IMG/VR virus record: IMGVR_UViG_3300031758_000261
Coordinates: 1 to 35,540 of that record
From: a virus
Taxonomy: Duplodnaviria > Caudoviricetes
Length of the DNA stretch: 35,540 nucleotides
Direction: 5' to 3' (one strand)
Below the pieces are notes generated by a model. The model ran no database searches, had not been told where the DNA came from, and saw only the letters and a list, made by a program, of their open reading frames with translations. Positions within the stretch are counted from its first letter, which is position 1. Each line of letters begins with the position of its first letter. Position numbers and translations under genes: made by a program. Positions 9,413 through 18,111 of the stretch are shown here, piece by piece.

Positions 9413-10645
9413 ATGAGAAATACATTACAAGAACAATATAACCTTATTAAAGAAGGTAAAGGTAATAAACAGCAGTTCTTTAAATCTGCTCGCCAATTAT
9501 TCCCTGACCTTATCACCCCAATTAATACTTACGATGATACAGTGCGTATTCTCAAAAACAGAAGTATTATCGCTGAGGGCATTGGTGGTGTAGTAACTAA
9601 AGGTAAAACGCCTGATTGGCATGCTATCTTTAAAGAAAATATTACTGAAGCTGCTAAAGAAGCTAAAGCTGAAGAAAAAGAAACCACTAAAGAAGTAACT
9701 GACATGGCTACTCGTGGTTATGATTATAAAGATTATAAAAATATTGATAATATTTATGGTGAAGCTTTCTTAAAAGGATTCTATACTGAAATGGGTGATC
9801 CTAAAAATGAGGGTAAAACAGTTGAAGAATTAAGACAAATTGTAGCTAAAAACATGGCTAAAGATTGTTTACATTATACTAAAGAAGGTCAATTTGGTCT
9901 TAAAGGTGTAGGTTACACAACTGAAGCACCAGGTTTAGGCACTCCAAAAGAACCAAAAGGTAAACATAAATCATCAGGTTATGGTGATTTAAAAGAATCA
10001 GTATTACGCTCTCAAATTTACTTATTAGTAAAAGAAGTATTAAGTGAAGCTAAAGCTAAATTTAATGTTGGTGATATAGTTACCTACAAAGGAGAAGAAT
10101 ATAAAATAACACGCTTTATTGATGATAGAATTTATATAAAATCTATTATACATGGCGGTCGAGGAGAATCATGGGTAACAGCTTCAGATTTACAAAAAGC
10201 AGCATTAACTGAAGAAAAGAGTAAAAGCGATTTAAAAGTTATTTTAAATAATTTAAAAAAAGCTTTAGCTATTGCTGAAAAAGAAATAAAAATAGTAGAT
10301 AAAAATGGTAAAGCTTTTAAAGAATTTGAAAAAACAATTGCTGGTAAAAAAAGAGAAATTGAAGCTGTAGAAAGAGAAATTAAAGCTTTAGAAAAAAAAT
10401 CATTAACTGAAGATAATGGGTATGAAATGGGAGAAGGAGATATTGTAAAATATAAAAAAGAGTATGCTAAAAGTGATACTCATTTTATGATAACAAAAGA
10501 TCTAGGTGATACAGTTGTAATGAGAAAAGTAGATGCTCAAGGAGAACCAGTAGGTCCATTTATTCCACAAGTTGGTAAAGTACAACTTGAACCTGTTGAT
10601 ATTGAATTTAAACAAGGATTAGAAACAGGCGATTTAGACTCATAA
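9413..10645 (+). CDS. Multi-segment head-module protein with two SH3/KOW-like units
   Basis: Many I/L-x-E sites (IKE, IAE, ITE, LKE, LSE, LTE twice); KFNVGDIVTYKG and GEGDIVKYK units. Confidence 0.75.
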   Translation: MRNTLQEQYNLIKEGKGNKQQFFKSARQLFPDLITPINTYDDTVRILKNRSIIAEGIGGVVTKGKTPDWHAIFKENITEAAKEAKAEEKETTKEVTDMATRGYDYKDYKNIDNIYGEAFLKGFYTEMGDPKNEGKTVEELRQIVAKNMAKDCLHYTKEGQFGLKGVGYTTEAPGLGTPKEPKGKHKSSGYGDLKESVLRSQIYLLVKEVLSEAKAKFNVGDIVTYKGEEYKITRFIDDRIYIKSIIHGGRGESWVTASDLQKAALTEEKSKSDLKVILNNLKKALAIAEKEIKIVDKNGKAFKEFEKTIAGKKREIEAVEREIKALEKKSLTEDNGYEMGEGDIVKYKKEYAKSDTHFMITKDLGDTVVMRKVDAQGEPVGPFIPQVGKVQLEPVDIEFKQGLETGDLDS

Positions 10646-10647
10646 CT

Positions 10648-11253
10648 ATGAAACAGATACTTATTGAAACCCAAACCTTTACAGCTAAACCTGTTAAACT
10701 AATTGAAGGAAAATCTTCAACTGGTAACCCTTTAGTTGAAGGAATATTAGCCACAGCCGAAGTAAAAAATGGTAATGGTCGTTATTACTCAAGAGATTTA
10801 TGGGATAGAGAAATTGATAAGTACATGGATAATGTTAAACATAATAGAGCATTAGGTGAATTAGACCACCCTGATTCTTCTATTATTAACCTAAAAAACG
10901 TCTCTCATAACATCAAAAAAATATGGTGGAATGGAGATCATGTAATGGGTGCTATAGAAATTCTACCAACACCTTCAGGTAATATATTAGCTGCTTTATT
11001 TCAAAATGGTATACCTGTAGGTGTATCATCTCGTGGTATGGGCTCATTAAAACAAATGGGTGAGCTAATGGAAGTACAAGACGACTTTGAATTATTATGT
11101 TGGGATTTTGTATCAACCCCCTCCAATCCAGGCTCATATATGAAGGAAGTAGCATTAAATGAGGGTAAAACTGTTAATAATAACCAATACTATAAAGTAA
11201 ATTCTATTATCACAGACATACTTTGTGCTAATGGAACTTGCCCAATATATTAA
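10648..11253 (+). CDS. Prohead core protease (T4 gp21-like)
   Basis: NGNGRYY, ALGELDHP, VSH (catalytic His), GVSSRGMGS (catalytic Ser), DFVSTPS motifs. Confidence 0.93.
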   Translation: MKQILIETQTFTAKPVKLIEGKSSTGNPLVEGILATAEVKNGNGRYYSRDLWDREIDKYMDNVKHNRALGELDHPDSSIINLKNVSHNIKKIWWNGDHVMGAIEILPTPSGNILAALFQNGIPVGVSSRGMGSLKQMGELMEVQDDFELLCWDFVSTPSNPGSYMKEVALNEGKTVNNNQYYKVNSIITDILCANGTCPIY

Positions 11254-11281
11254 CCCCTCTTAAAATAGAATTTTAAGACTG

Positions 11282-11311
11282 ATGCCTCACAAAAGTGAGG
11301 CATTTCTTTTT
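11282..11311 (+). terminator. Rho-independent terminator
   Basis: ATGCCTCAC-AAAA-GTGAGGCAT 9-bp stem followed by TTCTTTTT; another 9-bp hairpin lies at 11258-11278. Confidence 0.85.
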
Positions 11312-11451
11312 CAATAAAGTGTGTTTTTAGTAGATCCATATATATGTATATGCAAATATGCTACCCTTTCCCCTTATGTAGCATTAATTAGTTAATAAAT
11401 CTATTACGTTTCCTATTAAACGTATTTCCAAAACAAAATTATTTGAGGACA

Positions 11452-12585
11452 ATGAACAGAGAAATGCTAAAAGAATGCATTGCTGATGCTAAAACCATCC
11501 GAGAAACAGCAATTGCAAGCGCAAAATTAGCTCTCGAAGAAGCTTTCACTCCCCAACTCACAGCTATGTTTGCTGAAAGATTAAACGAGCTTGAGTTAGA
11601 AGAAGAAGTAACTGAAGAGAGTGTGAATGAAATGTACAGCACAGAAGAAGGATTAGAAGAAGATTTTAATCTTGAAGAAATTCTTGCTGAGTTAGAAATG
11701 ACTGATGAAGGTGCTGAAATGGAAGAAGAAGGCATGTATAAAGAAGGATTAGATGAAGATCTAATGCTTGAAGAAATGTCTGACGAAGAAATTGAAACAC
11801 TTGTTATGCAAGTCATTGATGACATGATCGCATCTGGTAAGCTTATGCCTGGTGAAGGCGAAGAAGAAGGTGAAGAAGGTGAAGAAGAAGAAATGGAAGA
11901 CATGGAAGACATGGAAGGTGAAGAAATTGATGAAGACATCAATCTTGAAGAACTTCTTTCTGAAATGGATTCTGAACCAGCAGTAAATGAAGACGCAATG
12001 GCTGTTGGAGATGCTACAACTCCTGAAGCTCTTGTAGCAATGGGTTTAGCTGGTGCTTTAGTAGGAGGTACAGCTTGGAGTTCTTTAGATAAAGAACAAA
12101 AACAAAAGTTAACAGCTAATGTTAAAGCTAATTTTAATGCCGCTGGTGAAACTGTTAAAGCTTTCTTTAGAAATCTAAGCAAAGGCAAAATTTCAACTAA
12201 AGAAACAGAAGAACCAATGGAAAAAGCTACAACTACTGAAATGGAAGAAACTATCGCTGAACTCCGCAAAGAACTCAACGAAGTTAATCTATTAAACGCT
12301 AAGCTTCTTTACACCAACAAAATCTTCAAAGCTAAGAATCTTACCGAATCAGAAAAAATCAAGGTTTTAAACACGTTTGACAAAGCAGAAACTGTTAAAG
12401 AAGTGAAACTTGTATTTGAAACTTTAACTGAATCTTTTAAAGCTACTACAGCTAAAAAGAACACAATTAAGGAATCATTAGGATCAGCTTCTAAAACAAT
12501 TTCAACTGCTACCCCTAAACAACCAATTATTGAGAGCAATGAAGCATTTGCGCGTATGCAAAGACTTGCAGGTCTCAAAAAGTAA
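11452..12585 (+). CDS. Prohead scaffolding/core protein (T4 gp22-like position)
   Basis: Very acidic coiled-coil protein between protease and capsid, with many L/I-x-E sites; likely start ATG 11452; C-terminus FARMQRLAGLKK. Confidence 0.85.
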   Translation: MNREMLKECIADAKTIRETAIASAKLALEEAFTPQLTAMFAERLNELELEEEVTEESVNEMYSTEEGLEEDFNLEEILAELEMTDEGAEMEEEGMYKEGLDEDLMLEEMSDEEIETLVMQVIDDMIASGKLMPGEGEEEGEEGEEEEMEDMEDMEGEEIDEDINLEELLSEMDSEPAVNEDAMAVGDATTPEALVAMGLAGALVGGTAWSSLDKEQKQKLTANVKANFNAAGETVKAFFRNLSKGKISTKETEEPMEKATTTEMEETIAELRKELNEVNLLNAKLLYTNKIFKAKNLTESEKIKVLNTFDKAETVKEVKLVFETLTESFKATTAKKNTIKESLGSASKTISTATPKQPIIESNEAFARMQRLAGLKK

Positions 12586-12622
12586 AAATTAACATTAACA
12601 AAAACAAATTTTTTTAAAAATT

Positions 12623-14278
12623 ATGGAAACAATTCAACAATTAGTTGAGTCTGCCAACCCATGGAGATCACTTCAGAGTGATGCAGCTAAATTAGCTCGC
12701 AAATGGGAAAAAACCGGCCTCTTAGAAGGTCTTGGTGAAGACATCAACAAAAACAACATGGCTTTGATGTTGGAAAACCAAGCAAAGCAATTAGTAGTAG
12801 AAACTTCACAAACTGGTACTCAGTCTTCTTTTAGCTCTGGTACAAATGGTGAAAACTGGGCTGGTATCGCATTACCATTAGTACGTAAGGTATTTGGTCA
12901 AATCGCAGCGAAAGAATTTGTTAGCGTTCAACCAATGAACTTACCTTCTGGTCTTGTATTCTTCCTTGACTTCCAATATGGCACTGCTAAGAACCCATTC
13001 ACTTTAGGTGGTTCTATGTATGGTAACCGTAACGCGAGTGATCCAAACACTCCATTCTCAACCACAGCTGCTGCTGGTGGTTTATATGGTGCTGGTCGTT
13101 TCACATACTCTACTAACCAGTTCTCAGCTTCATTAACTTCAGGTTCTGCTGCAGCTACTACAGCTGTATTCTCTCAAGCTAATTGGTCTGATGTGAACTA
13201 TGATTCAGATTTCTCAGCTTCAGCCGCAGCTAATACTTTATGGAAAGTAAGTGTTACAGCTAGTTTATTATCTAACGCTGACTTAGATGGAGCTCGTGGT
13301 TTCTTAGTTAGTGCTTCTGCTAATCAAAAAGATGTTTATAACTACGCTCAATTTACTGCTGTTAGTGGAACAACTATCACATTCATTGTTAGTGGTTCAG
13401 CACTTCCAACTGGTCCAGTAGTTGCTTTGTATAACAAGAAGACTGCTGATAATGCTCGTGGTGATTTCGAAGATGGTGCTACTTATGCTATCCCAAACGC
13501 TGCTAGTGCATCTGCGATTTCTATCCCAGAAATTAACATCAGCATGCAATCTCAAGCTATCACAGCTAAGACTAAAAAGTTAAAGGCTGTATGGACTCCT
13601 GAATTTGCTCAAGACTTGAATGCGTACCAAAACTTGGATGCTGAAGCTGAATTGACTAATATCATGAGTGAGTACATCTCATTGGAAATCGACCTTGAAA
13701 TCCTTGATATGTTAATTGAAAATGTTCCTTCAATTAACACTGAGTATTGGAGTGCTGTTAATAACCAGTCTATCACTGCTCCAAACTTAACCTTCACAAA
13801 CTTAGGTTTCTACAACTCTCAAGGCCAATGGTTCCAAACTCTTGGTACTAAAATCCAAAAAATCAGCAACCGTATTCACCAATTAACCCTTCGTGGTGGT
13901 GCTAACTTCATGGTAGTTTCTCCAACTGTAGCTACAATTATCGAATCTATTCCTGGATTCGCTTCTAATAGCAATGGTGATGCTGCTGACATGGAATATG
14001 CATTTGGTGTACAGAAAGCTGGTCAATTCAACAGCCGTTACACTGTTTATAAGAATCCTTACATGACTGAAAACACTATCTTAGTTGGTTTCCGTGGTAA
14101 GCAATTCTTGGAAGCAGGTGCTGTGTTTGCTCCTTACATTCCATTGATCATGACACCTCTTATCTACGATCCAACTACCTTCACTCCACGTAAAGGTCTA
14201 TTGACTCGTTACGCTAAGAAGATGTTACGCCCTGAATTCTATGGTAAAGTTTATATTAATGGTTTGAACACCCTCTAA
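12623..14278 (+). CDS. Major capsid protein (T4 gp23-like)
   Basis: KWEKTGLLEG, LENQA, LPLVRKVF, VSVQPM..PSGLVF, AKTKKLKAVWTPEFAQDL.AY..LDAEAEL, YIPL, PRKGLLTRYA motifs. Confidence 0.96.
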   Translation: METIQQLVESANPWRSLQSDAAKLARKWEKTGLLEGLGEDINKNNMALMLENQAKQLVVETSQTGTQSSFSSGTNGENWAGIALPLVRKVFGQIAAKEFVSVQPMNLPSGLVFFLDFQYGTAKNPFTLGGSMYGNRNASDPNTPFSTTAAAGGLYGAGRFTYSTNQFSASLTSGSAAATTAVFSQANWSDVNYDSDFSASAAANTLWKVSVTASLLSNADLDGARGFLVSASANQKDVYNYAQFTAVSGTTITFIVSGSALPTGPVVALYNKKTADNARGDFEDGATYAIPNAASASAISIPEINISMQSQAITAKTKKLKAVWTPEFAQDLNAYQNLDAEAELTNIMSEYISLEIDLEILDMLIENVPSINTEYWSAVNNQSITAPNLTFTNLGFYNSQGQWFQTLGTKIQKISNRIHQLTLRGGANFMVVSPTVATIIESIPGFASNSNGDAADMEYAFGVQKAGQFNSRYTVYKNPYMTENTILVGFRGKQFLEAGAVFAPYIPLIMTPLIYDPTTFTPRKGLLTRYAKKMLRPEFYGKVYINGLNTL

Positions 14279-14301
14279 AATAAACTAAATAACTAACAAT
14301 T

Positions 14302-14327
14302 AAGCCTTGCGAAAGCAGGGCTTTTTT
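14302..14327 (+). terminator. Rho-independent terminator after the capsid gene
   Basis: AAGCCTTGC-GAAA-GCAGGGCTT stem with GNRA loop and a T-run. Confidence 0.9.
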
Positions 14328-14360
14328 GTTCTACTTTAATATTTATCAATAAATAAAAAT

Positions 14361-15056
14361 ATGACTGACTTTAACCGAAGTGAAGAGGCTAAACAGATTT
14401 TTAAAGAAAAACGTAAGCCTAAAAATCCAATTACATTTAAACTCACATTAAATGAAGAGCAAAAGTTAGCAAAGCAAGTCATTTTAGATAGCCCTGTAAC
14501 ACTATTAAGAGGTATGGCGGGTAGTGGTAAAACACTAGTAGCATGTCAAGTTGCTTTAGATTTAGTATTTAAAAAAGACGCTGAAAGAATCATTATTACT
14601 AGACCTACAGTTGCTAAAGAAGAAATAGGTTTTTTACCTGGTGATTTAAAAGAAAAAATGGATCCATGGTTGGCTCCTATTTATGCTAATCTTTACATGC
14701 TGTATGATAAAGTAAAGATAGATAAAATGATTCAAGATAATCAAATTGAAATTGTACCATTTGCCTTTATGCGAGGTAGAACATTCCCTGATGCTGTAGT
14801 AATTGTAGATGAATGTCAAAACATTACTCATGGTCAAACAGAAATGATTTTAGGTCGTTTAGGTAAAGGTGGTAAAATGATTTTTTGTGGAGACATTACT
14901 CAAACTGACTTAAAAAATAGAAAAGATAGTGGTATTGGATTCTTTACTCGTATGGAAGAAAACATTAAAGGTGTAAAAATCTTTACTTTAAAAACAAATC
15001 ATCGACATGAGATTGTAGAACCTATCCTTAAACTATACTCAGACTATAGGGATTAA
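14361..15056 (+). CDS. phoH: PhoH-family ATPase
   Basis: GMAGSGKT Walker A, ITRP, GFLPGDL.EK, MRGRTF, DECQN, GD..Q.D, HRH motifs. Confidence 0.95.
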   Translation: MTDFNRSEEAKQIFKEKRKPKNPITFKLTLNEEQKLAKQVILDSPVTLLRGMAGSGKTLVACQVALDLVFKKDAERIIITRPTVAKEEIGFLPGDLKEKMDPWLAPIYANLYMLYDKVKIDKMIQDNQIEIVPFAFMRGRTFPDAVVIVDECQNITHGQTEMILGRLGKGGKMIFCGDITQTDLKNRKDSGIGFFTRMEENIKGVKIFTLKTNHRHEIVEPILKLYSDYRD

Positions 15057-15078
15057 TATTTATAATCAAAATCTATTC

Positions 15079-15564
15079 ATGGCTGATTTAAAAATAACTT
15101 TACAAGAATCCATCACCCTGCCTAACAGAAATGTAGAAACCCTACATAATACTGCTATCATATCAGGTGTTAATCAAATCTTAAGAAGAACAGATACTAT
15201 AGCTACAGATTTTAGTGGCTCTGGTATTGAAATTTTAAAATTTGTTGATAGTGAAGAACAACAAACTGCTGGATCTTTTGTTAAAACTGATGTAAAGTAT
15301 TTAAGGATTACTAACCTAGATACTACAAACTCAGCTTTAATTTATTTAGTAGACACTAATGAGGAATTTGTTATTTTTAAATTAGAGGCTAAAAAATCAC
15401 TCATGTTTGGAAATGTAGATTTTAATGCTTCCCAAAATGGTGATTATGTAGTAGAAGGAGTATGGGACCCTGATTATTACTCAGACTTTGTTTACTATGA
15501 TACAATAAAAGCTAAAGCAGAAAATTCACCTGTATTACTTGAATACTTTGTAGCTTCTGCTTAA
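15079..15564 (+). CDS. Hypothetical beta-rich virion protein
   Basis: 161-aa ORF with ATATTTAT at 15056-15063; structural-gene context. Confidence 0.7.
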   Translation: MADLKITLQESITLPNRNVETLHNTAIISGVNQILRRTDTIATDFSGSGIEILKFVDSEEQQTAGSFVKTDVKYLRITNLDTTNSALIYLVDTNEEFVIFKLEAKKSLMFGNVDFNASQNGDYVVEGVWDPDYYSDFVYYDTIKAKAENSPVLLEYFVASA

Positions 15565-15595
15565 TTAATAACATATTTATAAATAAAACATAACA

Positions 15596-16918
15596 ATGGC
15601 ATTAACATATAGAGGACAACTTGATCGCCCCTTAACCGCTGAAGAAATTGATGGTAATTTCGCGTATTTTACAGGCTCACATGGTATAACAGGATCTATA
15701 GGAATTTCAGGTAGTATTATACCTGCGGTTGGAGTAGGTGAAACTACTTCATCTTTTTCTTTAGGTTCACCAACAGCCGCTTGGAAAGATATTTATGTAT
15801 CTGAAGGATCCATTAAATTTGTAAAATCAGGATCAGAAGAAGTAGTACTTTCAGCTAAAGATGGTGGTATCCAAGTTAACGGTGGTCCCACCATATCAGC
15901 AGATGGTATTAATGGACAATTCTTTACTTCTAAAAGTTTAGATACTAATATTACAGTTAAAGACAGTAATAACAGTCTATTAATGGGTCCAATTGATGTT
16001 GAAGAAGATAAAGAAATTGTTGTTGAAGAAGATTCTGATTTAACAATTTTTGGAGATATTGAAGTTACAGATGTAGCTAATGCTGAAAATTCTGTATTTG
16101 CTATTAGTGCTTCATACTCTAGTGAAGCTATTAGTGCCTCTTACGCATCAAGTGCTTCATATGCTGATAATACTACTAGTTCTTCATATGCTTTAACAGC
16201 TAGTTATGCTTTAAACGCTACAGCAACTTCAACTTTCCCATATTCAGGTAGTGCTGTTATAACAGGATCATTAATTGTAAATGATGGTGCTAGAAATATT
16301 GTAGATACATCAAACTATAGTTTATATGATAGTAATAATAGGATATCTTTAAATTGGGATGAAAGAAGAATTTATAGTAGTGATGAAGCTAAATCAGTAG
16401 CAGCAGAAGATAGAATTCTTCATGATTCTAATAATGCTACATCAGTTGATTGGGAAAATAGAACATTGAATTATTCTAATGAAAATGCAGCTATTGACTA
16501 CAGTAACACAGCATCACTTACTCTAACAAATGCTAGCACTTTTGGATCTATTCTTATTACAAGTAGCTTAGTGAACATAGATGCTTCTAATTCATTTAGA
16601 ATAAGAACTTCAAATGCTACTAATATTACTGGATCTATCTCAGCTGGAGGTTCAACTTTAACTATAGGAAAATATAGTACATTTGAAACTGATCCCGCTG
16701 GTGGTTTAACTTTAAAATCCCAAGATGTAACTATAACAGGATCAATAACCTTAAACTCAAATAGAGGCTTATATAGTTTTACATCAGCTAGTGATCTTAA
16801 TACAGGCTCAGTTCCAGGTGGTAACCCTGGCACATTAGTAGCATTCTCCCAAAATGGAGCTAACTTCTTTATATATGTGTTTATAGGAGGTGCTTGGAGA
16901 TCTGCTTCACTTTCTTAA
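15596..16918 (+). CDS. Fibre/decoration-like protein
   Basis: N-terminal PLT.EEIDGNF anchor-type motif, Ser/Thr/Gly-rich, ASYA repeats, C-terminal GAWRSASLS; ATATTTAT at 15573-15580. Confidence 0.75.
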   Translation: MALTYRGQLDRPLTAEEIDGNFAYFTGSHGITGSIGISGSIIPAVGVGETTSSFSLGSPTAAWKDIYVSEGSIKFVKSGSEEVVLSAKDGGIQVNGGPTISADGINGQFFTSKSLDTNITVKDSNNSLLMGPIDVEEDKEIVVEEDSDLTIFGDIEVTDVANAENSVFAISASYSSEAISASYASSASYADNTTSSSYALTASYALNATATSTFPYSGSAVITGSLIVNDGARNIVDTSNYSLYDSNNRISLNWDERRIYSSDEAKSVAAEDRILHDSNNATSVDWENRTLNYSNENAAIDYSNTASLTLTNASTFGSILITSSLVNIDASNSFRIRTSNATNITGSISAGGSTLTIGKYSTFETDPAGGLTLKSQDVTITGSITLNSNRGLYSFTSASDLNTGSVPGGNPGTLVAFSQNGANFFIYVFIGGAWRSASLS

Positions 16919-18111
16919 TAATAAAAAATATAATAATAAAAATACAATGAGTAGAGTAAGAGTAAATACTATAAACCCATTTTCGGGACAAAATATAACA
17001 CTTGGAGGCCACGCTATTCCTTCAGGTAGTGATAAAACATTAGGATCAGAAAACAATCCTTGGAGTGGACTATACATTTCAGGAGAAACTATATATTTCT
17101 TAGCTTCTCCAACTTCAAGTTTTAGTGGTTCATTAATGTTGGCCCAAATAAAAGCAGGAGGTGAATCAACTGTTGGAAGTTTTGGTGGAGACATTATTCC
17201 AAGAGGTCAAATCTTTATAGAAGACACCCTTCCAAATTTAAGAGGATCATTTAGTGTTGGTAGACAGAACCAAGCTTTAGGAACAGCTTCTTTAGCTAAT
17301 GGTCGCCGTAATACAGCTTCAGGTCAATTTTCTCACGCTGAAGGAAGTGGATCCATAGCCTCAGGTGTTGCTTCCCATACTGAAGGATTTTTAACAACCG
17401 CTTTAGGTAATTATTCTCATGCTGAAGGAAGATCCACAACAGCCTTAGGTCAATATTCTCACACTGAAGGTTTAAGTACTTTAGCTTTTGGTCAATATTC
17501 TCACGCTGAAGGTGATGACACATATGCTTTAGGTTCATATTCTCACGCTGAAGGTCAATTTACAACTGCCAGTGGAGTAGCATCTCATGCTGGAGGTTAC
17601 AGCACTATAACTATAGGTAATTATTCAACCACTACAGGATATTTTACAACAGCTTCTGGTGTTGGATCTTATGCTGGAGGTAGAAATACTAAAGCTTTAG
17701 GTGATTACCAAACAGTAGTAGGTGAATATAATACTAATGGTGACACAACAAGTCATTTTATTGTAGGAGGTGGAACAAGTACTGGATCTCTTAAAGATGC
17801 TTTTAAAGTAACTCATAGTTCATCTATAGTAGTAGCTACTCAAACTGCTGCCCCATCATGGACTGGTACTGAAGGTGAAATGGTTCCTTTTGTAAGCGGT
17901 AGTGTATATCGTTTATACGCTTGGCTTGGTGGTGCTTGGAGATCATCTTCATTTGCTTAATAATAAAAATAATAAAAAACAAAACATAAACATAATGAGT
18001 AGAGTAAGAGTAAATACTATAAACCCATTTTCGGGACAAAACCTAACCTTTGGAGGAAATGCTATCCCCTCAGGTAGTGATAAAACATTAGGATCAGAAA
18101 ACAATGCTTGG
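16889..18111 (+). repeat. Direct repeat of about 175-181 nt spanning gene junctions (16889-17063 and 17931-18111)
   Basis: Includes a 48-nt identical block (16946-16993 = 17994-18041) and the identical block CAGGTAGTGATAAAACATTAGGATCAGAAAACAAT. Confidence 0.9.
16947..17960 (+). CDS. Fibre/adhesin with YadA-head-like 14-aa SHAEG repeats (paralog 1)
   Basis: Likely start ATG 16947 (MSRVRVNTINPFSG); 7 SH[AT][EG]G repeats. Confidence 0.8.
   Translation: MSRVRVNTINPFSGQNITLGGHAIPSGSDKTLGSENNPWSGLYISGETIYFLASPTSSFSGSLMLAQIKAGGESTVGSFGGDIIPRGQIFIEDTLPNLRGSFSVGRQNQALGTASLANGRRNTASGQFSHAEGSGSIASGVASHTEGFLTTALGNYSHAEGRSTTALGQYSHTEGLSTLAFGQYSHAEGDDTYALGSYSHAEGQFTTASGVASHAGGYSTITIGNYSTTTGYFTTASGVGSYAGGRNTKALGDYQTVVGEYNTNGDTTSHFIVGGGTSTGSLKDAFKVTHSSSIVVATQTAAPSWTGTEGEMVPFVSGSVYRLYAWLGGAWRSSSFA

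Noticed and set aside
11364-11377. Complementarity between the scaffold-leader pyrimidine loop and the purine loop at 32432-32444
   Set aside because: Only about 6-7 nt of low-complexity pairing between distant transcripts; expected by chance.
15578-15585. T4-type late promoter TATAAATA
   Set aside because: It overlaps the ATATTTAT motif and is not repeated upstream of the other late genes.
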